Source of the DNA: Hemiscyllium ocellatum | Lineage: Eukaryota | DNA: 64,000 nucleotides | NCBI RefSeq assembly: GCF_020745735.1 | Contig: NC_083409.1 | Span: 15,657,873 to 15,721,872, forward strand | Direction: 5' to 3' | Shown here: piece by piece, positions 12,216 through 24,940 of the stretch | Layout: each line of letters opens with the position of its first letter | How positions within the stretch are numbered: position 1 is the first letter of the stretch | Program-made: the position numbers and the translations under genes | Notes under the pieces: model-generated | Databases searched by the model: none | What the model saw: the letters and a program-made list of their open reading frames with translations, nothing else | Told to the model about the DNA's origin: nothing

Positions 12216-12589
12216 GTAAGTAAACCTCAATCCTCTGTTATTAACCCTTTCAATACTGAAACACACTTTCTAAAATACAGTTGCTGAATTGTTGAAGGTG
12301 TTAGTGGGAAGCTGCAGTGAATGAAATGGTTGATTGAGGAGCACTGTGTCTAACAGGGTGTCCAGCTGTATTTCTTTACTTTCATGCCCTCTTTAAAAAA
12401 AGCAAGATATAAGTCAGTAAGTTTTACTCACCGTGTGGAGGAGCTCTGTCCATTTGCAGCCTGTGGTCCCATTCCTGCAGCATGGAGTGAAATCAGTGAG
12501 TAGCCTCCTGCCAGTCTCAGTGTGACGGACACGGGCAGAGTTTGATGTGAGCTCTGGCTCCCTGTCCCAGTCTCTGATCTCACTGACCT

Positions 12590-12616
12590 CAGCAGCAGCA
12601 GCAGCAGCAGCAGCAG
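12590..12616. repeat. (CAG)9 microsatellite in the J-C intron
   Basis: Nine perfect CAG units. Confidence 0.95.
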
Positions 12617-13069
12617 CACAGTGAGACACCGAGCTCCCACCTCCCCCAGCTTTAACTCTGCTCAATCACACAATCACAGAATTGTTACAGTGCACAAGGA
12701 GGCCATTCCTTCCATCCTGTTTGGACTAGCTCTCTGAATGAGCAATTCACTGAGTGTCATTCTCCTGCCTTCTCCCTGTCACCCTGCACATTGTTCCTTT
12801 TCAGATAACAGTCTCATTCCCTTCGGAATGTTTCAATTGAAGCTGCCTCCACCACACTCTCAGGCAGTGCATTCCACACCTTAACCACCCACTGGCTGAA
12901 AATGTTTTCCCTCATCTCACTTTTCTTACTTTTCCAATTACTTTCAATCTGTGGCCTCTCGGTCTCAATCCTTTCACAAGTGGAATCATTTTCTCCCTAT
13001 TTACTCTGTTCCAGGCTCCTCCTGGTTTTGAATTTCTGGAACAATTCTCCTCGCTGCCTTCTCCAAAGA

Positions 13070-13271
13070 CTTGAAGGTGCCGGTGTTGGACTGGGGTGGA
13101 CAAAGTTAAAAATCACACAACACCAGGTTATAGTCCAACAGGGGGTTTATTTGGAAGCACTAGCTTTCGGAGCGCCCCTCCTTCATCAAATGGTTGTCAG
13201 CGGCGTTCCAAAAGCTAGTGCTTCCACATTAACCTGTTGGACTATAACCTGATGTTGTGTGATCTGTAACT
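13070..13271. mobile_element. Fold-back Penelope-derived element with a minus-strand hammerhead-like core
   Basis: Inverted arms spanning 13102-13273. The minus strand reads ttgatgaa-ggag-gggcg-ctcc-gaaagctag. 11-bp flanking duplication TTCTCCAAAGA at 13059-13069 and 13272-13282. Confidence 0.75.
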
Positions 13272-13329
13272 TTCTCCAAAGAAGACAGTCCCAAATTCTC
13301 CAATCTATCTTCATAACTGATATTCCTCA

Positions 13330-16300
13330 TCCCTGGAATGATCTTTGTGCATATGTTTGCCAGCTCCACAAAACATTCACCTCCTTCCTGCATTATTCAC
13401 ATTATTTATGTCCCTCATGATTTTATAAACCCTATAAGGTCACTCCTCAGCCTCCGGCACTTCAGGGTAAAAGATCTCAGCTTTTCCAGCCTCTAATGGT
13501 CACGGAGTCATACAGCGTGGAAACAGATCTTTCAGTCTAACTTCTCCATGCTAACTAGATATCCAAAACTGACCTCATCCCATTTGCCAGCATTTAGCCC
13601 ACATCCCTCTAAACCCTTCCTATTCATGTACCCATCCAAACATCTTTTAAATGTTATAATTGTATCCGTCTCCAGCACTTTCTCTGACAGCTCGATCCAT
13701 ACACGCACCACCCTCTGTGTGACAAGTTACCCCTCAGGTCCCTTTTGGATCTTTTGCCTCTCATCTTAAACCTATACCCTCTAGTTTTGGATTCCCTTTC
13801 CCAAGGCAAAGACCTGGGATGTACACCCTGTCCATGCCCGTCATGATTTTATAAACATCTATAAGGCCACCCCTCAGTCTCCGATCCTGCAGGAAAAATA
13901 ACCCGTCTATTGAGCTTCTTCCGACAGCTCAAACCCTCCAGTTCCAGGCAACATCCATGTAAATCTTTTCTGCAGAATTTTAAGTTTAACAGCATCCTTC
14001 CTATCACAGGATGATCAGAATTGTTCACATTATTCCCAAATTTCCTGTACAGCTGCAAATGATGTCCCAACTCTGATACTTAGTGCAGTGACCAATAAAG
14101 GCAAGTGTACTCAACATCTTCTTCATCTCCCTGTCTCCCTGTGACTTCACTGTCAAGGAATAATGCCCCTGCATCTGCCCCTGCCCCTGCCCCTGCCCAT
14201 GCATCCTGAAGTCACTTTGTTGAGCAACACTCCACAGGGCCCCACCATTAACAGTATAACTCCTGCCCTGGTTTGACTTTCCAAAATGCAACATCTCACA
14301 TTTATCTAAATTGAACTCCATTTGTCACACGTTTAGATCAGAGTGGTGCTGGAAAAGCACAGCAGGTCAGGCAACATCCGAGGAGCAGGAAAATTGACGT
14401 TTCAGGCAAAAGTCCTTCATCAGGATTCCTCTAGCCGAAAAGTCGATTTTTCTGCTCCTCGGATGCTGCCTGACATGCTGTGCTTTTCTAGCACCACTCT
14501 GATCTAAACTCTGGTTTCCAGCATCTGCAGTCTGCACTTTTGTCCATTTGCCACACCTCTGCCCATTTCCCCAAATGATCAAGGTCCCACTGTACTCTCA
14601 GATAAGCTTCTTCACTATCCACTGTACCACCAATTTTGGGGTCATTTACAAACTCGCTATAATTCTTATATTCACATCCAAATCATTTATTTAAATGATG
14701 AAAAGCCGTGGACCCAGCACCAATTTTTGTGGCACACAGCTGACATCTGATCTCCAGTCTGAAAAGCAACCCCTTACCACCACTCTCTGTCTCCTATCTT
14801 GAAGTCATTTTTTTTACCCAAATGGCTAGCTCCCCCTGGATCCCATGTGGCCTAACCTTACTAATCAGTCTATCATGTGGAACCTTGTCAAATGCTTTGC
14901 TGAAGTCCATATAGACAGTGTGTACTGTTCTGCCTACATCAATCTTCTCTTCAAACAACCTCAATCACGTTAGTGAGACACGATTACCATGCACAAAACT
15001 GCATTGATTGTCCAAATGCATGTAAATCCTGTCCCTCAGAATTCACTCCAATAACTTACCCAGCAATGACATCAGGCTCACTGGTTTATAGTTCCCTGGC
15101 TTTTCCTTAAATAATGGCTAACATTAGCCAACCTCTCTGTTCTCCAGAACCTCACTCATGGCTGTCAATCAGAAACATACCTCAGCAAGGGGTCCAGCAA
15201 TCTCTTTCCTAGCTTTCCACAATGTCCTGGGATACACCTGATCAGGTCCTGGAGATTTATCTACCGTCTTGCACTTTAAGAAATCCTCTTCTGTAATGTG
15301 GACTTGTGTCAAGACATTACTATTTACTTCCCAAGTTCCCAAATTTCCATGTCTTTCTCCATGATAAATACTGACCTGGAATAGTCATTTAAGACCTAAA
15401 CCATTTCCTGTGGATCCACCCAGAGGTACATTGTTCATCTTCATGGGGCCCTATTCTCTCTCTAGTTACTCTTTTGCCCTTTTCTTATTTACCATAATTC
15501 TACCACTTTTGCCCTTGAGTAAGTTCAGGAATTGTTTGCCCTCCTTCAAATGTATCTCGACTATACCTGGTCCACATCCTCTACTATTCTTTTCAGGACT
15601 TTCCTGCCAACCTTTGATCCAACTTTATTCAGATCTGAGACATCCATCTCCTATAGAAGCTGGCATTTTCCTCAGTGAAGATGTTTGACCCTGAAATGGC
15701 CTTTGTTCTTTTCTACCGTCACCCTCAACTTTGTGATACAATGATCACTCTTCCTTAAGTGTCCTCTCACTGACACGTGATCCACTTGGGCCTCCTCATT
15801 CCCAAGATCCAGATCTAGCAGAGCCTCCTTTCTCATTGGACTGGAAACATGCAGCTGGAGAAAATTCACATGAACACACTCTCACGACTCTGGCCTCTCT
15901 CTGTCCTTCACACTGCTACTACCCCAGTCTATATTCAGAAATTAAAGAAATTCCCCCCCCCCAACCCCATTTGTAATGACTATTATATTTGCAGGTCACT
16001 GTAAATTCCTTGCAAATGTATTCCTCTAAATCCTTCCCATTGGCTGGTGACTTATTGACTGCACTGATGATTCTGTGGACCTTGGTGTTCCTCTCTGACA
16101 GTCCCTCCTGACTCCCACAGCCCTGCCAAGTTAGTTTAAACCCTCTCCAACAGCACGAGTAGATCACCTCAAAGGAGCTCAGTGCCAGCTCTGTTCAGGA
16201 GCAACGCTGTCTGGTCTATCCAGGTCCCATCTCCCCCAGACCCAGTCCCGATGTCACAAGAATCAAAAACCCTCCCTCCTGGATCCTCTTCCCAGCCCCA

Positions 16301-19300
16301 CAGTCACTTGTGTTATCCTCCTGCTCCTCTTGTCACTTGCCTGGGGCACTGGGAGTAACCTGAAGATTCCTACTTTTGAGTTCCTGATGTTATTTCCCTT
16401 CTGAGCTCCCTAAATTCTGACTGCAGGACTACATCCCTTTTCTCCCTCTGTCACTGGGACCGATGTGGACCACGACTGCTGCCTATTCCCCCTCTCCCCT
16501 CAGGGTGCTCTGCAGTCACTCAGTGACATCCTTGACGCTGGCACCAGGGAGACAACACACCATCCTGGATTCCCATCTGCAGCTGCAGAAACACCTATCG
16601 ATGCCCTCACTCTCAAATCTCCTTTTACGATCACTCTTCCAGTCTTGCTAATACCACCCCACCACCCCCCACCCCCACACACCCCCTCCCCCCAACCGCC
16701 CCGGCAACCCCCCATTATAGCTGAGTCACCAGTGATGCCATGGACTTGGCTCTGGCTGCACTCTCCAGATGAACCATCATTCTCATCAGGATTCTGAACT
16801 GTATCCTGGTTGGAGAGTAGGATGCCTGGGGACTCCTATACTAGCTGCCTGATCCTTTTGGACTGTCTGCTGCTCCCCCATTCCCTCTCTCCCTGCATAC
16901 TCTGAGGCTGCAGAGTGACCACATCTAGAAACGTGCTCTCCACGGAGCTCTCAGCCTCACAGACGCTCTGCACTGACACCAGCTGCTGCTCAAGCTCCAA
17001 AACCCAGAGCTCTAACTGCTGTCACAGACCTCACTTCCTGTACTCATGGTATTCCAGGAGCTGGGAAACATTCTGAAATTCCCATATGGATGCACACTCT
17101 CTCCACTCTTTGTTTGTCTCTTGGCAAAGTTCTGATGACAAACAGCTCCAGCAGGGCTCACAGTCCAGTGGGTTCAGTGTTCCAGGGTTTTGGGGAAACT
17201 CTCCAGAAGTCTTTAAGAAATAGGAGCAGAAATCAGCCATTCAGCCCATTGAATCTGCTCTGCCATTTGATCTTGGCAGATATGCTTCTCACCCCCATTC
17301 TCCTGCCTACTCCACAGGAACGTTCGATCCCCTTCACAATCACGAATCTATCTATCTCTGTCTTAAATACACTTAGTGACTTGGCCTCCCCTGCGCTCTG
17401 TAACAATGAGTTCCACAGATTCACCACCTTCTGGCTGAAGAAATTCCTCCTCACCTCAGCTCAAAAGGGTCGGCCCTTCATTCTGAGGCTGTGCCTTGGT
17501 TCCCGAGTCTGTCCTGCATCCACTCTATCCAGGCCGATCAGTATTCTGCAAATTTCAATCAGATCCCTCCTCATTCTTCTAAACTCCATCGAGTACAGAC
17601 ACAGTGTCCTCAACCACGCCTCATATGACAAGCCTTGCATCCCCAGGATCATTCTTGTAAACCCCTCCTATGCCAGCACATTGTTTCTTAGAATATGGGT
17701 CCCAAATCTGCTCACAATATTCAAAATGTGGTCTGACCAGAGCCTTACACTGCCTCAGCAGTACATCTCTGCTCTTGTATTCTGGCCCTATTGAAATGAA
17801 TGCGAACATTTCATTTGCCTTCCCAAGCACAAACTGGACCTGCCTGTTAAACTGAAGGGAAACCTGAATGTGGTTTGTGCTTTAGATTTCCAAAGGCTTT
17901 CCTCATTTAGCAAACAGTCTTTGCATCTCTTCTTCCCACCAAAGTGCATACCCTCACACTGTAACACATTGTGTTCTATCTGCCACTTCTTTGCCCACTC
18001 TCCCAGCCTATCCAGGAGATTTTACAGCCTTCCCACTTCCTCAACACTACCTGTCCCTCCACCTATCTCATGTCACGTGCAAACTTAGCAACAATGTCTT
18101 CACTTCCTTCATCCAGATTGTTAATGTATAACGTGAATAGTTATGGCCATAACATTGACAACTGCAGAACTCTACTAGTCACCAGTGGCCATTGTTCCTC
18201 ATGCTCTGCTTTATGCCAACCTGCCAGTCTTCAATCCATGCCACTACATTGCCACTAATACTGTGGGCGCTTATCTTATGTCAAATGCCTTGTGGAAATC
18301 CAAAGAGATTACTTCCTCGGACTCTCCCTTGTCTGACTGGCTCATTGCCTCCTCAAAGAATTCTAACAGATTTGCCAGGCATGACGTCTCCTTGATGAAG
18401 CCATTGCACTTCCAATCCTCTGCAATTTCATCCTTAAATTGAAGTCTAAAACCTTACCAACAACTGAGTCCTGGCTAACTGGCCTACAATGTCCCACCTT
18501 CTACCTCCCTCCCTTCTGAAACAGGGGTGGTATGTGAGCCATTTTCCTGTCCCTTGCCCCCACCAAATCCGTCCCCATCTCACCTCCATACCCTGACTCC
18601 ATTGATTACTGAACGATCATCACCAATGCCTCCACAATCTCCTCAGCGATCTCCTTCAGAACACATGGGTGTAGTTCATCCAGTCTGGTTGCGTTATCCA
18701 TATTCAGACCTTTCAGCTTCCCCAGTACCTCCTCCTTAGTGATGGCCACTACACTCCCCTCCGACCCCTGACAGTCTTGAATTACTGGTACACTGCTGGT
18801 GTTTTCCATGGTGCAGACTGAGGCAAAATATCTATTCAATTCCTCTGCTATTCCTTCATTTCCTGTTATTCTTTCTCCAGCCTCATTTTCCAGTGATCCA
18901 TAGTCTATTTTTGACTCCCTCTTCCTTTTTATACACCTGATAAAACTCCTGCAATCTTCTTTTATATTACTGGCTAGATAACTCCCACATTTCACATTCT
19001 CCACCCTTAATGCTTTTTCAGTTATCCTCTGCAGGTTTTTAAAGGCTTCCTAATCCTCTGGCTTCCCACTATTCTCCACCACATTGAGTTACCTTTACTC
19101 AACTGAAATACTGTTCAATCTGATTGCAACTTCTCCCTCTCAAACTACAGGGGGAATTCTATTGTATTATGGTCACTTATCCACAGGGATACTTTCACCT
19201 TAAACTCACTAATCAAGTTTGCCTCAATACACATCACTGAATCCAGACCTGCCAGTTCCATAATGGCTCAACCACAAGCTGCTCCAAAATCATCGACATT

Positions 19301-21000
19301 CCATGAAATCCTTTCCTTGAGATACACTACCCAGCCCACCTATCCGTTGAAGTCTGCCCTGACATTTTCTGTCTCCTAATTGATTTCCTTCCCCACACCC
19401 TGATTACTGCTTGGAGACCTGGACATAACTTGCATCAGATTCTTTATTTATTGCAGTTCCTCAGCTCTACCCACACAGATTCTACACCTTCTAACTCTAC
19501 ATCACTTCTTGCTATTGATTTAATTTCATTTCTCACTAACAAGGCAACTCTTCCCCCTCTGCCCATCTGCCCGTCCTTTTGATAGGACATGTAACCTTGG
19601 ATATTTAGTTCCCAGCCCGAATTCCCTTTCAGCCATGTCCCTGTGATACCCACAACATCGTACCTGCCAGTTTCAATCTGCACTACAAGCCCATTGTGTA
19701 TATTGTGTGCATTTAAGTACAACACCCTTAGTCCTGCATTGATTGCTCTCCTTCCCATCATTGTCCCCTTATCTGCTGTGCTTTATGTTCGATTCCTGAT
19801 CCTTTCTGTACTCTCTGTCCTTTTACATCTTCTAGAAAAATGAATAACCTTTCCTGAGCCCTCCTCAACTTTAACTAGTTTAAATTCCTTGGAAACTCAA
19901 TTTACCTGGAATTGTGACATCACTTTGTCAACCTTACTCAGAATGCTTTGTGCATTTAGATACAAACTCTTTAAGTTTGTTCTATTATTGATTTTCCCTG
20001 CACTTTTATGATCCCTTTGATATTCAAAAATTCCATCCCTTTCTTTTATTTTTTGGTAACAATCAATCCCATCACTAACCAGCAATCCTACCTTCTCCTT
20101 TACCTTCCATTTTCTCATTTTCCATCCAACTGAACCAAATTACTTTCTCTTTGGGTTGAGTTCAGGACAATATTTATCGTTGAGCCAACATCATTATTGG
20201 TCTTTGATCTCATTGCTTCTAGTGGGATCTTGCTGTGCAGAAACTGGCTGCCACGTTACTGACATTGCAACAGTGACTGCTTGTCAAACAAAACTGTCTG
20301 TAAATGTCTTTGGGAGAGCCTGATGTGTTAAGGGCTGGATTGAAATACAATTAGAGTCAGAGGGATGGACAGCACAGAATCAGACCCTTTGGTCCAACTC
20401 GTCCATGCTGACCAGATATCCGAAATTAATCTAGTCCCACTTGCCAGCATTTGGCCCATATCCCTCTAACATCTTTCTATTTACATACCCATGCCTTTTA
20501 AATGTTGTAATTGTACCAGCCTTCACCACCTCCTCTGGCAGCTCATTCCATACATTTAACACCCTCTGATTGAAAACGTCCCTTAGGTCCCTTTTAAATC
20601 TTTCCCCTGTCACCTTCAGCCTATGCCCTCCAGTTCTGGACTCCCCAACTCTGGAGAAAAAATCTTCTCTATTCACTCTATCTATGCCGCTCATGATTTT
20701 ATAAACCTCTATACGATCACCCATCAACCTGCAATGATCCAGGGAAAACAGCCTCAGCCTATTCAGCCTCTCCTTTTCATGCAAACCCTCCAACCTTGGC
20801 AACATCCTTGTAAATCATTTTAAGATTCGCAACATTTTTCCTACAGCAAGGTGAACTGAATTGCACACAGTATTCCAAAAGTGCCCTAACCAATGTCCTG
20901 TACAGCCGCAACAGCTCCCAACTCCAATACTCAATGCACTGACAAATAAAGGAAAGCAAACCAAATAACTTTGTCACTTCCCTATGTACCTGCAACTTCA
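13330..21000 (-). mobile_element. Stack of nested, degraded CR1 LINE fragments filling the J-C intron
   Basis: Repeated CR1 ORF2 motifs in minus ORFs: LYLNAHNI and LYLNAQSI (endonuclease start), GPDELHP-like, LVRPHFEYCEQIW, RGDLIEVYKIM-like, FNQRVLNVWNELP. Many stops and frameshifts. Confidence 0.85.
14331..14542. mobile_element. Fold-back Penelope-derived hammerhead element inserted in a CR1
   Basis: Arms of about 70 bp at 14331-14402 and about 14437-14510. Minus-strand core cctgatgaa-ggac-tttt-gcct-gaaacgtc. Duplication TCCATTTG(T/C)CACAC at 14317-14330 and 14543-14556. Confidence 0.8.
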
Positions 21001-22099
21001 TCTTCAAGGAACTATTCTTCATTTTTTGGAATAACTGAGAGTCTTTCAGTTGTGAAAGATGCCATTCCATGGCACTATTGGATGAAGAGCAGGCAGTTCC
21101 CCCTGGTGTCCCTGGTCAATATTTATCCCCCAGTCAAAATCACTCAGAATGTATTTCTCTGCTAATTATCACATGGTGTTTGGGATCTCGCTGTGCACAG
21201 TCTGCTGGAAAGATCCAGTGGGACACCCTGAGTTGGGGACAGGTGCTACACAAGTGCAAGTCTTTCTTGAAGGTTGGAGTCTCCTGATCAGGATCCTCAT
21301 TCATTGTCTGCGCACTCTCACCTTCCAGGAGTCATGGGGTCATTAGGAGCAGTGACCCTGTCTGACCCTAGGACACTGAGACTCTTTGCAGCCTCACCCT
21401 TGACCTCAGCCCAATAGTGTGCAGCAAGGTTTGAAATATAATCTAGAATCTTCTACACAGACACCCCAACGTGATTCTTTCCTGACGTGTGTGGATCCGA
21501 GTCTTCTCCAATGTTCTTGGATAAAGTTCTCCTGATCTGTGGGTAATCGGAGGTTTGTTAAAGAGATACCACGCTCCATCCCACTTTCCAGCTCTTGCTC
21601 CATAGCTCTGGAAGTTTTGCTGTTTCAAGTGAACATCTAAGTGTTTTTTCAATGTGATGAGGGTTTCTGCCTCTCCCACCCTTTCAGACAGTGAGTCCCA
21701 CATCCCACCAAGCTCTGGGTGAAAACAAAGACCCTCAACCCCCCTCTAATCCTGCCCCAACTGATTTCAATCTCTCCCCATGGTTATTGCCCTCTGTGCT
21801 GGTGGAAATCAGTCCTTCCTACCCACTCTGTCCAGGCCCCTCATCATTTTACACACCACCATCAAATCTCCCCTCAGCCTCCTGTGTTCCAAAGAAAACA
21901 GTCCCAGCCAATCCAATCATTCCGCAAAGCTCAAAGTCCCCACTCCAGACAAACTCCTCCTCTGTCCCCATCTCTAATGGAATCACATCCTTCCTGTATG
22001 TGGTGACCAGAACCGTACACAGTTCTCTCACTGTGCTCTAACTGGGGTTTTATACAGTTCCAGAATAAACAAACACCTTGCTTTCACAGTCAACCAAAA

Positions 22100-22450
22100 A
22101 TGAGATAAGGGAGGTGATGGTCTAATGGTGTTATTGCTGAGCTGTTAATCCAGAGATCCAGGTAATGTTCTGGGGACCAGGGTTAGAATCCAGCAGATGG
22201 TGGCATTCAAATTCATTCAAAACAACATCTGCAATTAAGAGACTAATGATGACCATGAAACCATCGTTGATTGTCAGGAAAAAGCATCTGATTCCCTTAT
22301 GTCCTTTAGGGAAGAAAACTGCCATCCTTACCATGTGACCCCAGACCCACAGCAATGTGGGTGACTCTAAACTGTCCTTTGGGTGATTAGGGATGGGCAA
22401 TAAATGCTGCCGATCCAGCAATGCCCTCATTCCATCAAGGGAAAAAGAAA
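22100..22450 (+). mobile_element. tRNA-derived SINE (second family; related pieces at about 57170-57350 and 59870-60080)
   Basis: A-box-like ggtctaatggtg, B-box-like gggttagaatcc, conserved body (tcctttagggaagaaaactgccatcctta) and A-rich tail. Confidence 0.6.
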
Positions 22451-23575
22451 AACAGTTTATCCCATGTGTCTTCTGAACCACCTCACTGACCTGCATTAAT
22501 CACCATGGCCACATCTTCCACCTCCACACCCATCTGACTTCCAGCTTCAAAATGATGAGAGACATTCCTTCATTATCTGAGAAACAGATAGAAACATCAA
22601 ACACAGGAGCAGCAGTAGGCCATTCGGCCCTTCAAGGCCTGCTCCACCCTTCAATATGATCATGGCTGTTCATCCAACACAGTCCCCTGTTCCTACTTTC
22701 TCCCCACATTCTTTGATCCCTTTAATCCTAAGAACTGTATCTAATTCCTTCTTAAATACACATTGCATCTAATTCCCTTTTGCTGGAAAAATGGATGACA
22801 ATTATTGGGTTGTTGTTTTTTGACCAGTATGGACACAATGGGCTGATGGGTCTTTTGGGCCCCTATGACTCTATTGTTATTTATTATGAATAACTGGGTA
22901 CCAAGGGCTGACCCTGTGGCACCCTAAGTTGTTATTACCTGCCATTCAGAAGAAGACTCATTCTTTCTGTGCTGCCTGCCAACCAGTTTCCAATCCATGT
23001 CAGTACGTGAACCCCAATCCTCTTGTTTCTTTGGTCTAGATGTGGGAGTCCCACCCTTACTCATTGTGGGAACAGATTCTGAACAGTCTGTCTCATCCTT
23101 CGAGGGCTCCCACTGCCCTGACACTGATTTCCCATCATGCCATTGGTTCCCATCCACTTTTACCAAAGCACCGCACAGTTTAGTAAAATGAAAACTTTTA
23201 CACTTGCTCCATGGTTCTCCATTTCCATTCCTCCTCTCAATCTCACTGAGTTCTAATCAGTGTCACTAAAATGCTTCCCCATCGATAGCCCTTCCAGCTT
23301 CCCACATTCATTCCATAACTGATGGTCCAAAATTGTCCCTTCTCTCTCTGCTGCTTCACCATCAACTTCTCAGGGACATCTAGGGACGGTAATGAATGCT
23401 CGCCCTGCCAGTGACACTCAGATCGCAAGAAGCAATTTGAACAGTGTCTGTTCATTTGTTGGGTTTATTCTGTATTGACTAAGAATGTTCAAAAAGATCG
23501 TATTGTCAGTGAATATTGTGAGGGTTGAATTCCCTTCAAATGTCAGGGATTAAAATTGTTTCTTTTGTCTTTCAG

Positions 23576-23904
23576 TCCGTGACAACTCTCAGCCCAAGCT
23601 GACCCTGCTGCCCCCCTCCCCTGAGCAGATTAATGCCAAGGACACTGCCACCCTGGTGTGCCTTGCCAATCACTTCTATCCCGATGAGCTGGAGGTGCAG
23701 TGGAAGAAAGACGGTGCAGTCATTTCGGACGGGGTTCAGACCAGCAACTACCTGCGAGCTTCGGACAGCACCTACAGTGTCAGCAGCCTGCTGACCCTCT
23801 CTGGGTCTGACTGGGAGTCCAACGCTCGCTTCTCCTGTGCCCTCACCCACGTGACCCTCCCCTCTCCCCTCAGCAAGAGCATCAGGAGATCAGAATGTGT
23901 GTAG
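23576..23904 (+). CDS. IGKC: Ig kappa-type constant exon, intact
   Basis: Acceptor ttttgtctttcag|tc, then RDNSQPKLTLLPPSPEQ...TATLVCLANHFYP...VQWKKDG...DSTYSVSSLLTL...FSCALTH...RSECV-stop. Both intradomain Cys, the Trp and the penultimate interchain Cys are present, and the phase matches the J donor. Confidence 0.97.
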
Positions 23905-24225
23905 AGTGTTGGAGACAGTCCACAGAGGAGACACAACTTTAAATAGAACAGGGCTGAGCTGGCAGGACAAAGGTCATTGTCAGCACTGAATTTCAACTCT
24001 CTTCCTTCTCAGGACTGCTCAGGGAACCTTCTGAGGTTTGGATGTTAAAGCAGATCATTGCGACAGTGTCGAGGGAGCTTTATGCTGTGTCAAACCCCAT
24101 GCTGTCCCTGTTCTGGGAGTGTTTGATGGGGACAGGGTTGACTTGTGATGCCAAGTAAAATCTCTTGAAGTTGCTGAAGACTGTCAGCTGTACAAAACAA
24201 TGTGAACCTCAGAATTCTCTGCTTC

Positions 24226-24231
24226 AATAAA
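24226..24231 (+). terminator. Polyadenylation signal of the C exon
   Basis: AATAAA about 320 nt after the stop. The paralogous position in the pseudo-copy reads AGTAAA (53922-53927). Confidence 0.65.
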
Positions 24232-24814
24232 CCAGATCTCCTTCCTGCTCAGCTGTCAGTTCCAATTTAAGGTTTTGTCACTGTTTAAAGGGACAGGATT
24301 CTCATGTTATTGAGCAATTCTCCACAAGTGTTTTCCTTAAACACCATTGTGGCTGTGAATTTGAGCAGCTTCCTCTGTCTGGGCTGTTAATTACAGTTTT
24401 TTTTCTGTCAATGTGAATGTGGAAAAGGGAATAAAGGTGAAGATTCAGTCTCTGTCTGGTGTATGCTTTGGAAATAGATAACCTTCCCCGCCCCCCAGTT
24501 GATTGGCTGCATTTCAGCAGGTCATTGTCGAGATTGGCTGGTTGGCCTGTCAATCAATTACAATCATCAATCATTAATCATTTTCAAATGATCCCTTTGA
24601 TCAGGAATTTATGTAGGTTACAAGATTCCAAAAAGAACAGAAACCGAAAGCTGTTAGGACTCAATAAGTACAATCTGATGCATTCCCTCTTCACTCTGTT
24701 GGTCCAGGCCCATCTGATGGGATCGCACTGTGCAATCTCTGCTGCATGTTGGGTAGCTGCTGAAACAATCTTCGGCCAATCACTGACATTGTCAGCTGTG
24801 TCTCTCTGAGGTAA

Positions 24815-24940
24815 AAACAAGGACTGCAGATGCTGGAAACCAGATTCTAGATTAGAGTGGTACTGGAAAAGCACAGCAGGTCAGGCAGCATCTGAGGAGC
24901 AGGAAAATCGATGTTTCGGGCAAAGCCCTTCATCAGGAAT
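24815..24940 (-). mobile_element. Short Penelope-derived hammerhead element (an oppositely oriented partial copy lies at about 25535-25605)
   Basis: The minus strand reads attcctgatgaa-gggc-ttt-gccc-gaaacatcga, followed by the same body as 14331-14542. Confidence 0.75.

Noticed and set aside
12617-12623. Isolated CACAGTG in the J-C intron as an analogue of the mammalian intron RSS used for kappa deletion
   Set aside because: No nonamer at 12 or 23 nt, the heptamer recurs several times in the window, and I found no Kde-like 23-RSS downstream of C.
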